A DNA stretch of 64,000 nt, taken from NCBI RefSeq assembly GCF_009914755.1, contig NC_060925.1; one strand, 5' to 3'. The notes under the pieces are model-generated. The model was not told the DNA's origin, searched no databases, and was given only the letters and a program-made list of their open reading frames with translations. Within the stretch, counting starts at the first letter, position 1; each line of letters opens with the position of its first letter. The stretch comes from the human T2T-CHM13v2.0 reference genome, Homo sapiens. Shown here in pieces: positions 17,742 to 38,363 of the stretch. The position numbers and the translations under genes are program-made.

Positions 17742-18339
17742 GTAAGTAAAGCTGTGTTTACAGTGTCTTCCTGTGAGCTTGGTCAAATGATGTTCCTATT
17801 TTTGAAGATCCTCTTTTGAAATTTAACGTAAATATTGAACAAGAGGAATAATGAATGCTAAAAAAAAACTTATCCGATATCTCTCTACCACTTGACCTTG
17901 CTTATTGAGTTATTATTCTCTATACCCAAACCTGAATTTGAACTTAAAAAACAAACAAAAAACTACTACTTCCTGTGATTTGTTGAATGTCTTTGCTAGC
18001 AGTATAAATGGGTTGATTGCTTTTATTTTAACAGACTAATGTAGTAGTTTGAGCCTATTTATATGCACTTATTCTAATAAGGACATAAAATTTTATATTA
18101 GTACAATTTCAACTCTGTTGTAAAAGTTTGGAAGGATGAATAAATAAGTGATAAAGCACATGTAATAAAAAGTTAATGGCAAGCTTGGTTATGGGTATAT
18201 AAATATTCATTTCAGTCTTACAACTGAAAATTTTTGTGATCAAATATTGAGAAAGTATAACAAAAAAAGATTGGAAAGTCATATACCAAAATGCTAATAA
18301 TGATTTGCTTAAGAATCATTGGTGACATTTTTTTAACTT

Positions 18340-21198
<2,859 letters not shown>

Positions 21199-21507
21199 CT
21201 ATATGTAGTTTTTATTTTGATGGTACTGATCCTAAACTAACTCCTTATTGTTGCCCAATTCCTAAACATTTTGAAGTTTAGAAATGAGGGGGAAAGAAAT
21301 ACACACACACTATGTATATATATAGTATATGTATGTTTTTTATATATATATACTTTATATATTTATATGCTTGGAATTGATGAGAGAATGTTTTTTGTCT
21401 GTTGTTTGTTTTTAGTATCCACAGTAAACAAGCAAAATGTCTGTGCAACATCTTTTTTGTTGTTATTTTCAAGTATTCTATGACCTTATCCCTGTTTTCT
21501 GTTTCAG

Positions 21508-21549
21508 GTCAAAACTTCACAGCTCATGATAAGCAACGTTCAGTGCTAA
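21508..21549 (+). CDS. TOR1AIP1: TOR1AIP1 exon 7, (S)QNFTAHDKQRSVL(S), 42 nt, phase 1/1
   Basis: cctgttttctgtttcag acceptor, A|GTAAGT donor; matches LAP1 except Arg (CGT) where Pro is recalled. Confidence 0.95.
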   Translation, partial: VKTSQLMISNVQC

Positions 21550-21591
21550 GTAAGTAGTTGGTTGTCTGCTCTTTTTTCAGCCAATCAATTC

Positions 21592-21894
<303 letters not shown>

Positions 21895-22212
21895 TCAGTC
21901 AATCAATTCTAACCTTGCCTTATTCTCCCAACAAAAGTTGTAATAAGATTTTAAGTCATTTTACCCCTCTTTACCTTTTTAATTCACCACGGATTGGTAC
22001 TACCTATAATAATTACTCTGTGATATGGAAATGTGTTCAGGGCTATTTTACCACAAGTAATTTGTATTATGTGATAATATATTTATTTGCTACCTGCTTT
22101 GCTGTAGGAAGTGGTTCATCCTCACTGATACGATCCTTTGAAATTATCTTTTACTTATAAAACTATTGCTTTTATTGTTTTCTTCCCCTACTTTATTTTG
22201 TCTTTCTGATAG

Positions 22213-22365
<153 letters not shown>

Positions 22366-22570
22366 TAGATAAATCTCTGTTATTGAAATAATCTTGTGTA
22401 TTTGCTATGTTTTTCTTGACAAAAATATTTAGTTCTTCAGATAAACATTTAGGTTGTTTGTGATTTCACTAATAAAGTACAGCTATGATTACTAGTTTAG
22501 TAATTTCTTGGACTGGCAGCACATGGGCTGGGTGTAGAATGTAAATAGTGGCGTGAGAAAACCAGAGATT

Positions 22571-23740
<1,170 letters not shown>

Positions 23741-25639
23741 TCATGTTTAGGTTTTGGATGGATTAAATGTCACAGAATTTAAGGAATACTATAAATTGAT
23801 GTGATAAAACCATCGTACTTTGAACTCACTTTCTATAATTTCTATGGAAATGCGTCCACGTTAAATCTCGACCATATTTTTTTAAAGTCCATGCATATTC
23901 TCTGCCTTAAGTGACCTTTAACCTCCCTACTTTACTCATCTAACCACAATAGGTCTTGAGGTCATCAGGTATTCTCTTACTTTTATTTAGGTAATGTAAA
24001 AATCCACATCTTATATCTCTTGCTCATGGGATGATTAACTGTAATTGGACCAAATGACATGCGTGGCTCTGCTTTTCCATCAGTAAAGTAGGAGTGGTCA
24101 TAATTCATTTTTTCTCAGCAGTGACGTTTTTAGCCCACATGTAAGAGAGTTCTTAAGCAGTCTAGAACCGAAATAACTTTTTGCCCTTGTCTTACTGTTG
24201 GTTGTCATTTCTTATTGCTGTGATTATGTGCCTGCTATTAGAAAACCATTTCCTCTTATAATTTGCTCTTCCTGACCTATTATAGTTAGGAAACCAAACA
24301 TTAATTATTCAGCTTATTAGAATTATGTTTATAACCAGGATCAAACATTAAAATTAAATTTGAAGACCCAAGAGATACTCTTGGATGTAAAAATGCATGA
24401 GTTTTAGTGTATATAATGTGAAAAGCTCAGAGGCATCTTGTGTCATTTCTTAGTTCTTAACTGTACATTCTGAGTAATTAATATCAGATAAATGACTTCC
24501 AGATAAGTGAAGTTAGTACATACTTATCAGAAAATCTTTGCATAATTTTTTCCTCTAATAAGACACTGCAATAGAGAAGGAAACATAATTATATTGAACA
24601 TCTAATAGAAATGCAGAAATAGATCTTTTTAGTTGCTAAATTGATAGCTAATTTTTAGTATTTTATCTGTTTGCATTTCTACTTTGTCTTAAGTTACTAT
24701 GTTTATTATGGCTTACAGAATTATACATTGGTTGCTAACCACCTACCATATATAGATAACCACATTGAGCTTTCAGAGTTATGTAACAGTAACACACCAG
24801 AAGTGTGCATGTAATAGGATCTTTTAGACTTTCAACCACATGAGGACTTTAAGATAGAACGATGAGCAAGAAGAAAATATTTTCAATGGAAGTGGAAGAC
24901 TACAGTGATTTTTCAAACACTGTTATATAATAGATTCCTCTTCAAGAATATTAAAAAAATGTTTTCCTAGCATTCCACATTTTATCTCTCATTCTTTAAC
25001 TATATATTTCTGCCCGCTTTGGTGAGGAAAAAAAAGTCATTTTTAGAGCTGAGTGTTCAAGAACCTTAGGCTATAGATTCTACCCCATGGAACATTGTCA
25101 CCCGACGTTAGCAACAGTTTCCTGTAGACAGGTCCCAGTTCAGGCTTCTGCCTGCATCCAAACCTTTTAGGAAAGATGGAACCACTGTCTTTACTTTTTC
25201 CTGTTTGCCAGGTGATAAAACAATGATTATAGAGAAGAATATATGTGCATGGAGAGGTCAGAGAACTAATATAAATGTTTTGGAACCTGTCTCAGAAATT
25301 TAGATAGAGAAAAGAAGACAATTTGGAGTTAAAGCTCTTGAGCTCCAGTCCTAGCTCTTCCACTTACTAATTGAGTAATCTTGGTAAAATCACTTAACCT
25401 TTGTGAACCTCAATTTTCTTGCCTTTAGAGACAGTAGTGCCTATAACTAGATTATTGTCATGAGCTTATATGTGTAAACACAATTTTTTAAAGTCTAAAA
25501 TCTCATAATTATCAGGGCTTATTTATTGTTAATGTTTTCTGTAGACTCAATAGCAACTATGGAGGATTTGTGCCCTCTACTCTTGATGGTTGTAGAGTGA
25601 TTGATTATCACCATACTCTTTAGACTAGAAAAGCTTGAG

Positions 25640-25985
<346 letters not shown>

Positions 25986-27251
25986 GAGTTTTTTCTTTTA
26001 AAAAGATGTTTTTTAGAATTGTTGTTAGCATCTCTAGTAATGTTGATAAAAAGGATAGCAGTTATACTTTGGACAATGTCCTGCCTTGGCAGTATATACC
26101 CTGCTGTGTATGTGTTTGTGTTATATGAATTATATAAATATTATATATGGTACATAATTATTATTTAGCTGTCCTTCATCATTAACATCATAGAATTGCA
26201 CTTCACAGCATTTTTGTATATATTATCTCATTTGATCTTTGCAACCATGGAGTGAAGTATTCAAAATAAACATTATCTGATGGATTTGGGTTTCATGTGG
26301 TTAGGTATTTTTATTGTTATTTTAGTTGTAACTTCGATAACCTAACTTAGAAGCTTCTAAATAATGAAATATCCTAAGCTAAACTAGTAATTGAAAAACA
26401 GTATTCCTCTTACAGTTGCTGTCATTTTGTCTTACTACATCATTATGGAGTTTTTTGTCATATGATCAAAAATAAGGCTATTTCTGAATCTTAGCAGGGC
26501 TAATATTATTCCTCCAGTTATTCCAGTGTTTCTCAAATGAAAGTTGTTGATATAACGCTAAGAAGATCCACCAGGAAGTTCATTTATATATACAAAAGTT
26601 ATAAAACTCCAGGCAAGTGATAGACGGCAATACTGGTAATATAGGTCATACAAATGAGATAACTCAGCCTCTCCACCTTCTGAAGCCTGTCCTTCCATTT
26701 CCTCTCTTAGATTTTAAAACCTGCTGGTATGCTAAGAAAGATGGAAGGGAAAGGGAAGGGTTAGGATCATTTTTAATTTCTTTTCTTGTTTTTAATTTTT
26801 TTTTTTTTTTTTAGAGATGGGGTCTCACAATGTTGCCCAGGCTGGCCTTAAACTCCTGTGCTCAAGCTGTCCTGTCACCTCAGCCTCTTGATTTGTCGGA
26901 ATTACAGGCATGAACCACTGTGCCCGGCTTAATTTATTTTCTAAATAGATTTAGATGAAAGTAGAAATTTGACAGAGTTGTGAGAAAATTATTTTTGAGC
27001 TCTATTGTTTAACCACAAGCCTAAAACAGAATTACTTTATTACTTGTCTATTAACAGAAATGATGAGAAGTTTTTAAATGTGATTTTAAAATACTACTAG
27101 TATTTGAAATGGTCAGAATCCCCAGAGGAAATACTGAATCAGTTTGAGGTAGAAAATAGTGAGGATTAAGATTTTTATATTAAAACACCTTATCCAGACA
27201 GCTCAGTAGTCTGTAATCCACATTTTGTCCTTATTTTCCCCCTCTTTACAG

Positions 27252-27296
27252 CATCTTCACCAGGCAAGAGTTCAATATATGGCAGTTTTTCAGATG
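27252..27296 (+). CDS. TOR1AIP1: TOR1AIP1 cassette exon between exons 8 and 9, (T)SSPGKSSIYGSFSD(D), 45 nt, phase 1/1
   Basis: Strong tract ccttattttccccctctttacag, ATG|GTATAA donor, no stop in frame, Ser-rich like neighbouring exons; absent from the canonical LAP1B peptide. Confidence 0.7.
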
Positions 27297-27663
27297 GTAT
27301 AATATGTTTCATTTTATTATGGTGTGCTTAGTTTCTTTGTCCTTTTTATCCCGGAAGTTTCACCAATCCCATTAGATACTTAATGGGTCAAATACTTCCA
27401 AACTTTCTCTCAAAACTAATTATTGTGTGCTTTGTACTAGACCCCACCATATGCTGTGAAAAGCTATGAAAGAAATAGGTCATGTGTTTCAAGGAGCTCT
27501 CAGTCTAATCGGCACTCAGATATTCTACTTTTTCTTCTGCTTCTGGCTGATCTCTGTCTTCTTTTTTTCCTGGTGGAATTTGTATCTTCTTTGTCTACTA
27601 GAAATAAATACTCAAATTATGAAGCATAAGTTGATAGTCTTATTTTATTACTCTCACCATTAG

Positions 27664-27720
27664 ATGACAGCATTCTGAAATCAGAGCTTGGAAACCAGTC
27701 ACCATCAACCTCCAGCCGAC
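27664..27720 (+). CDS. TOR1AIP1: TOR1AIP1 exon 9, (N)DSILKSELGNQSPSTSSR(Q), 57 nt, phase 1/1
   Basis: ctctcaccattag acceptor, C|GTAAGT donor; in-frame match to LAP1. Confidence 0.96.
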
Positions 27721-28179
27721 GTAAGTTTATGTATTCAGTTTTTATTAAATATTTCTGTAAAATTGGTATTCCATAATTGTTTAAAAATGTTTTTTGACAG
27801 CAGTATGACTCGATGCTATTTGAAGAATCACATTTTAAGCACTTGAGAGGAAAAAGTATATATTCTACTAGCAGTGAAATTCTTTATAGACAAACTTTAT
27901 GAGACAACATCTGGTATTGCTCTTCACTTAACTGTCTATAAGACCAAAAATAATAGCTAAAATAAGTAAAGCTACTAATACTGTTAACTGAGAAAACCAT
28001 GCTGAATTGAAAGAAAGTTAGCCAAAGCATGACTTTATGGGATTACAATGGCTTTCGGAGTCTGCAAACCTGTATTTGAACTAGATTGGACCACTTACCT
28101 CCTTTACAGCCTTGTGGCAAGTTTCTTTAGTTCTCCAAGTCTTATTGTCCTGAAAGAGTACTAAGAAAATAACTTAATG

Positions 28180-30060
<1,881 letters not shown>

Positions 30061-30330
30061 CTCTAAAAGGTCCCTACTAAAATTAATAGCCTGAAACAGT
30101 CAATAAGTAAAAGATGTAAAAGTATTATTGTTACTATCAACTGAATAAATGAAGTAGAATATGAGAAAGTACTTTATAAACCGAAAAGCACTAGATAAAT
30201 ATAAATTAATCCTATTATTATTGCCAATAGTAACTAGGGATGAGTCACAAACTAAATTTTACCAGTGTTAACTTGCATACCACAAAAGGCATCAGTGAAA
30301 TTAATCTAAAGGGACAGCTAGCTATTATAA

Positions 30331-30654
<324 letters not shown>

Positions 30655-31115
30655 TGCATCCTTTTCTTTATCCCTTTATGTACTTCAGAAATATTTCACC
30701 TTGAATAATTAGCCATGTGAATGCTGAGTTACTAAATTAAAAAAATATTTTATAAATTGTATTTTAATAGTCTATTCTCCCAACTATTAGCAGTGAAAAT
30801 AATAACTTCGCTTTATAAACTATTATTTTTCTGACTTGTTTATGCCATTTCATATGTTTAAAAACTTTTTTCCTCAAAGACTTATTTTTATATTGAAGAG
30901 ACATATGCATATTTGTACACATAATTCAAAGCCTATGCATGTAAGATTTTCTTGAGAATGTGATAAATTATTTTATTAAGAAAATTATCAGCTTTCTTCT
31001 TTAAAGTCCTTCCTCTTTTACCTAATGTTTATAAAGACTGATATTGATTTTAAAAGTCACTTGCCCCTGAATCTAAGAAAGTGGTATTTATATCTGTCAT
31101 TTCTTTTTTGTCTGA

Positions 31116-31907
<792 letters not shown>

Positions 31908-32691
31908 GAAGTGAGAGAGAAGAAAAATCATGTCCCAAGTTCTGAGAATTGTTCACACTTTCTAACCAGAGACAGAATTCAGAGCTCTTTTTGAAAGAAC
32001 TAGTTTCTTTTTAAAGAAGTTAAGTGCTTACATAAACATGGAACATATAAATCATTCATTCAACCTAATTATCTGTGATATGAGAGAATCATTTCAGTTT
32101 CCATTGAGAGCTCTGTTAAAGGTATCTTAGGAGTGCAGATTATATGCAGTTCCTTAGAGAATCTGTTTTGATTCTGGGCTGAGTTATTACAGTTATGGTA
32201 TGACCAGTGAGAGCGATTTGTGTCCTTTCTTATGAACCTTCCTGATTTTTTAACTTAGATTTCTCACTAAGTTTCCTGAGTTATTAGTAAGATTGCTCCC
32301 TAAATGTAACCAGGGATTTTTCCATTATGTTCCCTTTTATACCATTTAGGTGTGAGTTCCTTAGCTTCTGCCTATAGGAACATAAGTAATGAAAGGTCAT
32401 CTAGGTGTGTGTTTGGAATTTTTTTCTTTTGTTTTTTGGAAAATGGAAAGAACAAGGCAAGGAAGGAAAATTAATGGGGAAGCTGAAGGGAGGAAATGTT
32501 ACAGTAATCCACTGAGATGTAGTTTAGTCAAACATAGGTATATGAACTGTTAATCTTGGTGGATTCCGTTGGGATTTGTTTTTTACATCTCCTTTTTCCT
32601 TCCTTGAAGAAAAATTCTTGGCTGTCCCAAGGATTCTTCATGTATATTGCAAAATTTAATATATTTGTTCACTTGAGTCTTAAGAGTAGGT

Positions 32692-32945
32692 CAGGCCAAG
32701 GCAGGTGGATCACCTGAGGTCAGAAGTTCAAGACCAGCCTGGCCAACATGGTGAAACCCCCTCTCTACTAAAAATACAAAAATTAGCTGGGCGTGGTGGT
32801 GCATGCCTGAAATCCCAGCTACTTGGGAGGCTGAGGCAGGAGAATTGCTTGAACCCGGGAGGCGGAGGTTGCAGTAAGCCGAGACCATGCTTATTGCCCT
32901 CCAGTCTGGGCAACAAAAATGAAACTCCGTCTCAAAAAAAAAAAA
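32692..32945 (+). mobile_element. 5'-truncated AluS in the TOR1AIP1 3'UTR
   Basis: Starts mid left monomer; TSD agtaggtca on both sides. Confidence 0.92.
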
Positions 32946-33353
32946 GTAGGTCAATTCGTAACAGTTTATTTTGGACACACCCTGAAGCTTTTGTTTTGAA
33001 TTAAGAAATGAGTTTCAGGAATTGACAAACCATTTGTTAACCAGCTGTCCTGGGCTATTGAAGAAGATTTCATTTTCCGCGCATCCACTTGTTGCAGTCC
33101 AAGTCCTCTAGTGCAACGCCATAGCAAATATAAAGATTTACTATGCACGTGATACATTTTATGGAGTGCCTCAAGCCAAGATAGTGAATTTATATGAAGG
33201 GTGTGAAATGTATTTCTTTACTACTATAGTAGTTTAGTTATAACTTTGCATCTATAATTGAGCTTTCTCATCTGTCAAATGCTATGGTTTTCTTAAAATG
33301 TTACAATTCTAGATCTATCCACCTTGTTTTTTTATTGTCTACAAACCATTAAA

Positions 33354-33361
33354 TGTAAATA
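33354..33361 (+). promoter_or_regulatory. Pumilio-response-element-like motif TGTAAATA in the 3'UTR
   Basis: Exact UGUANAUA match next to an ATTAAA; motif match only. Confidence 0.35.
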
Positions 33362-33714
33362 TTGTTTTTAGAGTCAGTCATTGGCTTTGTCATTTACCCT
33401 TTGAGAGTTCCACAAGTGGTAGTAGAGTGGTTTAACGTCTTTCCTCTAGTACTACCAGTATTCATAAATGTATACCCCTTACTGTAATTTGTTCCTCTTA
33501 GAAGTCAGATCATCTGATTTATAGAGGATTATGAAAACCAGAGTTTTTGAAAAGGCTTATTTTATACATACGTATTATATAGAGAAACAAATGTTTTTAT
33601 TAAATGTTTCATTGACCCAAGTAATTTAAAAGTAATATGTTACCTATGTCTTTCAGGAAAAATAATTATAGCAGCTGATCTGTAAATGACTTTAAAAGCT
33701 ATTTTAGTAATTTA

Positions 33715-33720
33715 AATAAA
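33715..33720 (+). terminator. Probable main poly(A) signal AATAAA; weaker ATTAAA variants at 33348 and 33599
   Basis: Canonical hexamer with upstream TGTA (33681) and downstream tttactttcttggttt...tatgtgtt. Confidence 0.7.
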
Positions 33721-33982
33721 TTTACTTTCTTGGTTTATACTCTCTATGTGTTATAAACTTAATGATTTATCATCTTTAAAAAAAGAAATCCAAGTATTTT
33801 CCTTGAACAATTGTAGCAACTCTGGCTAGGAGAAACAAAAATCAAAGAACTGGAGCCATTTGCAAGTACATTGGTTAGAAGTGGAATAGCCGTAACTTTC
33901 CATTTTATCTCGGCACTTAGGGTTTTTAAAAATACAGTTAAGTTAGATATTCCTGACTTAGCAAAAGAATCTCCACAGCAGC

Positions 33983-34760
<778 letters not shown>

Positions 34761-35643
34761 TAGGAGCTAGGGTCTAGAGAAATGGAGCACATTGTAACTG
34801 GCTGACAACAGTGGCCCAGGAAAACCACAGTAACTTAATTTGAAACTTAATTTGCTTCCCTTGTTTTAATGACTTTTTAATATTTAAAGATGTTTTCTAA
34901 ACCTCTAATCCTCAAAACAAAAATTGGAAGTAAACTGATTTTCATTCAGTGAACTGCCATTTAGAAGTGATAGGGGTTTACATACTTTGTACCATTAGTT
35001 AACGCCTAAGCTAAAAGTATAATATCCAGTTTCCCTATGATCTCAAGTTTATGGAAAGTAGCCTTTCTTTTGGCAGTGTAAACAAGCAGTTACATTAAAT
35101 ACGTAAAGATAATGCATTATTCTGCTATTTTGTCCTTATCAAGATCATGTAGTAAAATTTTGTGGTATAAGAGGATAGTGTTTTTCCCTAAGGAAGAGGA
35201 TTTTATTGGCATTAACCACCAAAGATGGGGTTCCTGAGCCTGGAAAACCAAGCTGAGAAGGCTGCCATTGACTGGAAAAGGAGGAAATTCCTCCCTTGAA
35301 TGCCCTCTTTCTGGCCTGGATTCTGAGAATTCCTTGTGTGTTTAAGGACCCTTGTGGGTGGTAGAGAAACTAGTTCCTGTCACCTGAGCATAAACAGAAG
35401 AACCCCTTTGTACTCTACACCCCAGACATAATGAACTACTTGCAATTTCCTAAACACATCATTCACTTGTCTTTTGCACATTCTTAGACTCTTGGAATAC
35501 TTCATTTCCTGCCCTCTCGCTTTCTCCAATCTCATGTTCTGCTAATTTTTATTTGTCCTTAAAGTCTTCGTTTTCTTAGGGCAGCACTTCAGTGAAATCT
35601 TTCATAATTCCCTTCCCCCAGATATTATTTTAGGTGCCTCCTG

Positions 35644-35997
35644 TTTTTTTTCTTTCTTTCTTTCTTTCTTTTTTCTTTTTCTTTTTTTGGTAGCTTAAAC
35701 AATAAGACCTTTATTGTTACAAAACCCAGCAGCGTGAGGAGTTCCTGGGTTGGGTGAATTAGAGGCTGGAAAAATTCATCGCAAGCATTACAAGATAACC
35801 AATGATACCCCTGATGAAAGAAAACCTCTGCAAACTGCTAGCTGAAGCCAGCTCCTGTCCTTTTATCCAAAACTGGGTAGTGTCCAGCCAAACCATTTTG
35901 GGGGTTGAATGAGTCACTTCAAAGGGCTCAAATGACTGGTGAATCTTCCAGATAAAAGGAGAGAACACAGACTTTCCTGCGCATTTTAAAGTGACTG
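35644..35997 (-). pseudogene. Probable 5'-truncated retrocopy of a polyadenylated RNA 3' end, inserted in an L2-like remnant
   Basis: Minus-strand AATAAA (tttatt 35710-35715) 21 nt before a ~45-nt A-rich tail (35644-35688); not Alu or L1 sequence; AGGTGC(C)TCC on both flanks. Confidence 0.55.
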
Positions 35998-37789
35998 AGG
36001 TGCTCCACACTCTGATTTATCCTTTATTACCCTGTGGCAGCATTAGCATACCCCTGCTACCACATGCATCTTGCAAGCAGTGATGTGTCATCAATATATG
36101 CACCGTGGCAATCACAGAATGCTCAAATATTTATTGAATAAAAAGAGCAAGCCATACCTAATTATAGCTAGGTAAGTTGCATCTTAGTGTTTTATTTGCT
36201 TTCCCCACCCCCATCCCCCATTACGCCTAAGCCCTATCTAAAAGTTGTATATAACTCATCTGGGTTTAGCAATGCTATGAATAAGGAAAAACAAAGAGGA
36301 CCAATCTACGCCGTGGAAGGGAAATGCACTTCTCTGATAGAGACAGTGATCATTACAGGTCCTCAAGGGAAAGGTGGAATATCAAGGGAAAAGACTGGGA
36401 AGCTGTGAGGTCTTTCCACAGTGATATTTGGCATTTGCATTTTCTAAAAATAGCTAGCAAGTATTCTTCCATCTTTTTCTGTTGCCTAAGAGGGTATTAT
36501 AATTCAGATAAAAGATGGCTATGGATGTACGAACAAGATGGATAAGAAAAATATTCAAGAATTAGAACTGACCAGATTTGATTGACTGTAGAAGTGCTGA
36601 AAATTTCTCTTTCTTCTGTTTAGCTCATATATCTTCTCCCCAGATACTAAGCACAAAGTGATAGACTAAATTCCTATCTCTGCATGTCAATATGTTGACT
36701 TTTAGTTTGAAGTAGAGCCACACATATTTGGTCAGAAATTGATTGTAGAGAATAAAAACCCTGTCCAACCAGGAAATGAGCAAAAGAGGGCTGGGGTGAA
36801 GATTGCAAGAATATACATCTCAGACTCCAGGAAAAGGAAAATACAGGAACTGTGAAGACTGTTTTCATTTGGAGACCAGCAGCCATTCCCTCTGTCTCTC
36901 TATTGCTGCTACCCAATTAGCAACTTCCCCTTTGTGACTTAAATGCCAAAAAGATGACATTAATGGCTCAATTCAGTGTATGAAGGATTCCTGAGAAGAA
37001 TATATGATAAAGCATAGCTTCCTAGGTCACCCTTTTAACAGGGACCAGGAGTTTGGGTTGTGGTAGGGCTGTGTCCTGAGGTCAGGCCAAGAAGTGGGCT
37101 GATATGTTAAAGGACAACTGAATACTTCTTCAACTATATAAAGACCTTCTATATGTAATGCCATGCTATGTCATTAATGGCATTTCATTTTAGCTTTTTA
37201 AAAAACCCAACGAAGGGAAATTCAAGGTAATGGAAACATTTTAAGTTTTAAAATCTGAGTCCTGGTCATGGGTCTACTACAAATGTGATTTCTTCCCATT
37301 GCTTCTGTTTCTCTAGGCTAAACCAGGAAGATAGTTGTCAAAACTTCGGGTACTATTTTAACATACATCAGCACTTGTTAATTTGCTGTAATTCCCTCAA
37401 TAGAACACCAAGCTTTAGTTTTCAGTATGTTTCTTGGGCAAGTGAGGTGGTAGGTGGCCATGTACTAGATCAAACTTGATTTTCTAGGGATTGTTTTCCC
37501 ACTTTTAGAGAATACCATTCTTAGGCTAAACTCAATTACAGAATCTACTGCATGCTATACAGCCCTCTATAGAAATATTCACCCTGAGTAGTTAATTATG
37601 TTTCTTAATGGGTAAATGTTTTATCTAGTCCCTCTTTTTTTTTAATTTCATAAAATCCAGATCTCTCAGAGCTTAAATACACTTCCTCTTATTTTCCCTA
37701 CAACAAATATGGAAAAGATCTATAATATATATTTGAATATGTATTAAGTTGTTCCTCACCCTTTTCTATTTTTTATTAGCTATTGAGTG

Positions 37790-37990
37790 TTTATTAATGC
37801 TTCAAACACTTCCAAGTGCTTTATGTATATTAACTGATTTAATTCTTAAGTTACTCTATGAGATGGTATTATTATCCCAATTTAATAGGAAACTGAAGCA
37901 CAGTGAGCTAAAGTAACTCTCGAAGTGGTGGAGCAGAGAGATGAACCCAGGCAGTCTGACTTTAGAACATCTATGCTTACCACTATGATG
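37790..37990 (-). mobile_element. MIR SINE (similar remnants at about 16390, 25325, 40645, 44760 and 50940)
   Basis: attattatcccaattta...gaaactgaagcacag...aagtaact...gaacccaggcagtctgact core. Confidence 0.75.
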
Positions 37991-38363
37991 TTCTCAAGGA
38001 CCCCATTCTGAATATAGGAATAAACAAATTCAGTTTCTCCCACTTTAATCTCACAACACCCTTCTGACTCCAGATGTGTGTGGAGGGGGGTTCCCCACGC
38101 ATTAAGCAAATAAGCAATTTTGCAGCAGACACCAGCTGGGTGTCCTCTAATTCAATTCACTTCTTACACTACCTGGAGATAGCATCAGATACCATAGGTT
38201 GAAGGCTCAGTGCCACAAGATGGCTCCCACTTCAGATGACAATCAGAAGCCCCAGATGGTGACCAAGGGTCCTAACCAACTAGCTATAAGTTAGGGTTCC
38301 CATAACCCCTTCTTGAGCTCCATTAGTTTGCTAGAGAGCCTCACAGAACTCGGAAACACTATA

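Larger units (their letters stand above)
31908..33745 (+). other. TOR1AIP1: TOR1AIP1 3'UTR (approximate end), containing a 5'-truncated sense Alu
   Basis: Follows the stop codon; AT-rich; ends shortly after AATAAA 33715-33720 with U/GU-rich sequence downstream. Confidence 0.75.

Noticed and set aside
23971-23996. Pyrimidine tract plus TAG|GTAATG resembling a recursive splice site
   Set aside because: The intron is only ~5 kb and the motif is common by chance; no other support.
24119-24140. CAGCAG acceptor with CAT|GTAAGA donor
   Set aside because: 19 or 22 nt, not frame-preserving, and very short; cannot be told from a chance pseudo-exon.
26518-26612. Open frame SQMKVVDITLRRSTRK...KTP ending at CAG|GCAAGT
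   Set aside because: The available acceptors are one base out of phase and lead to an early TGA.
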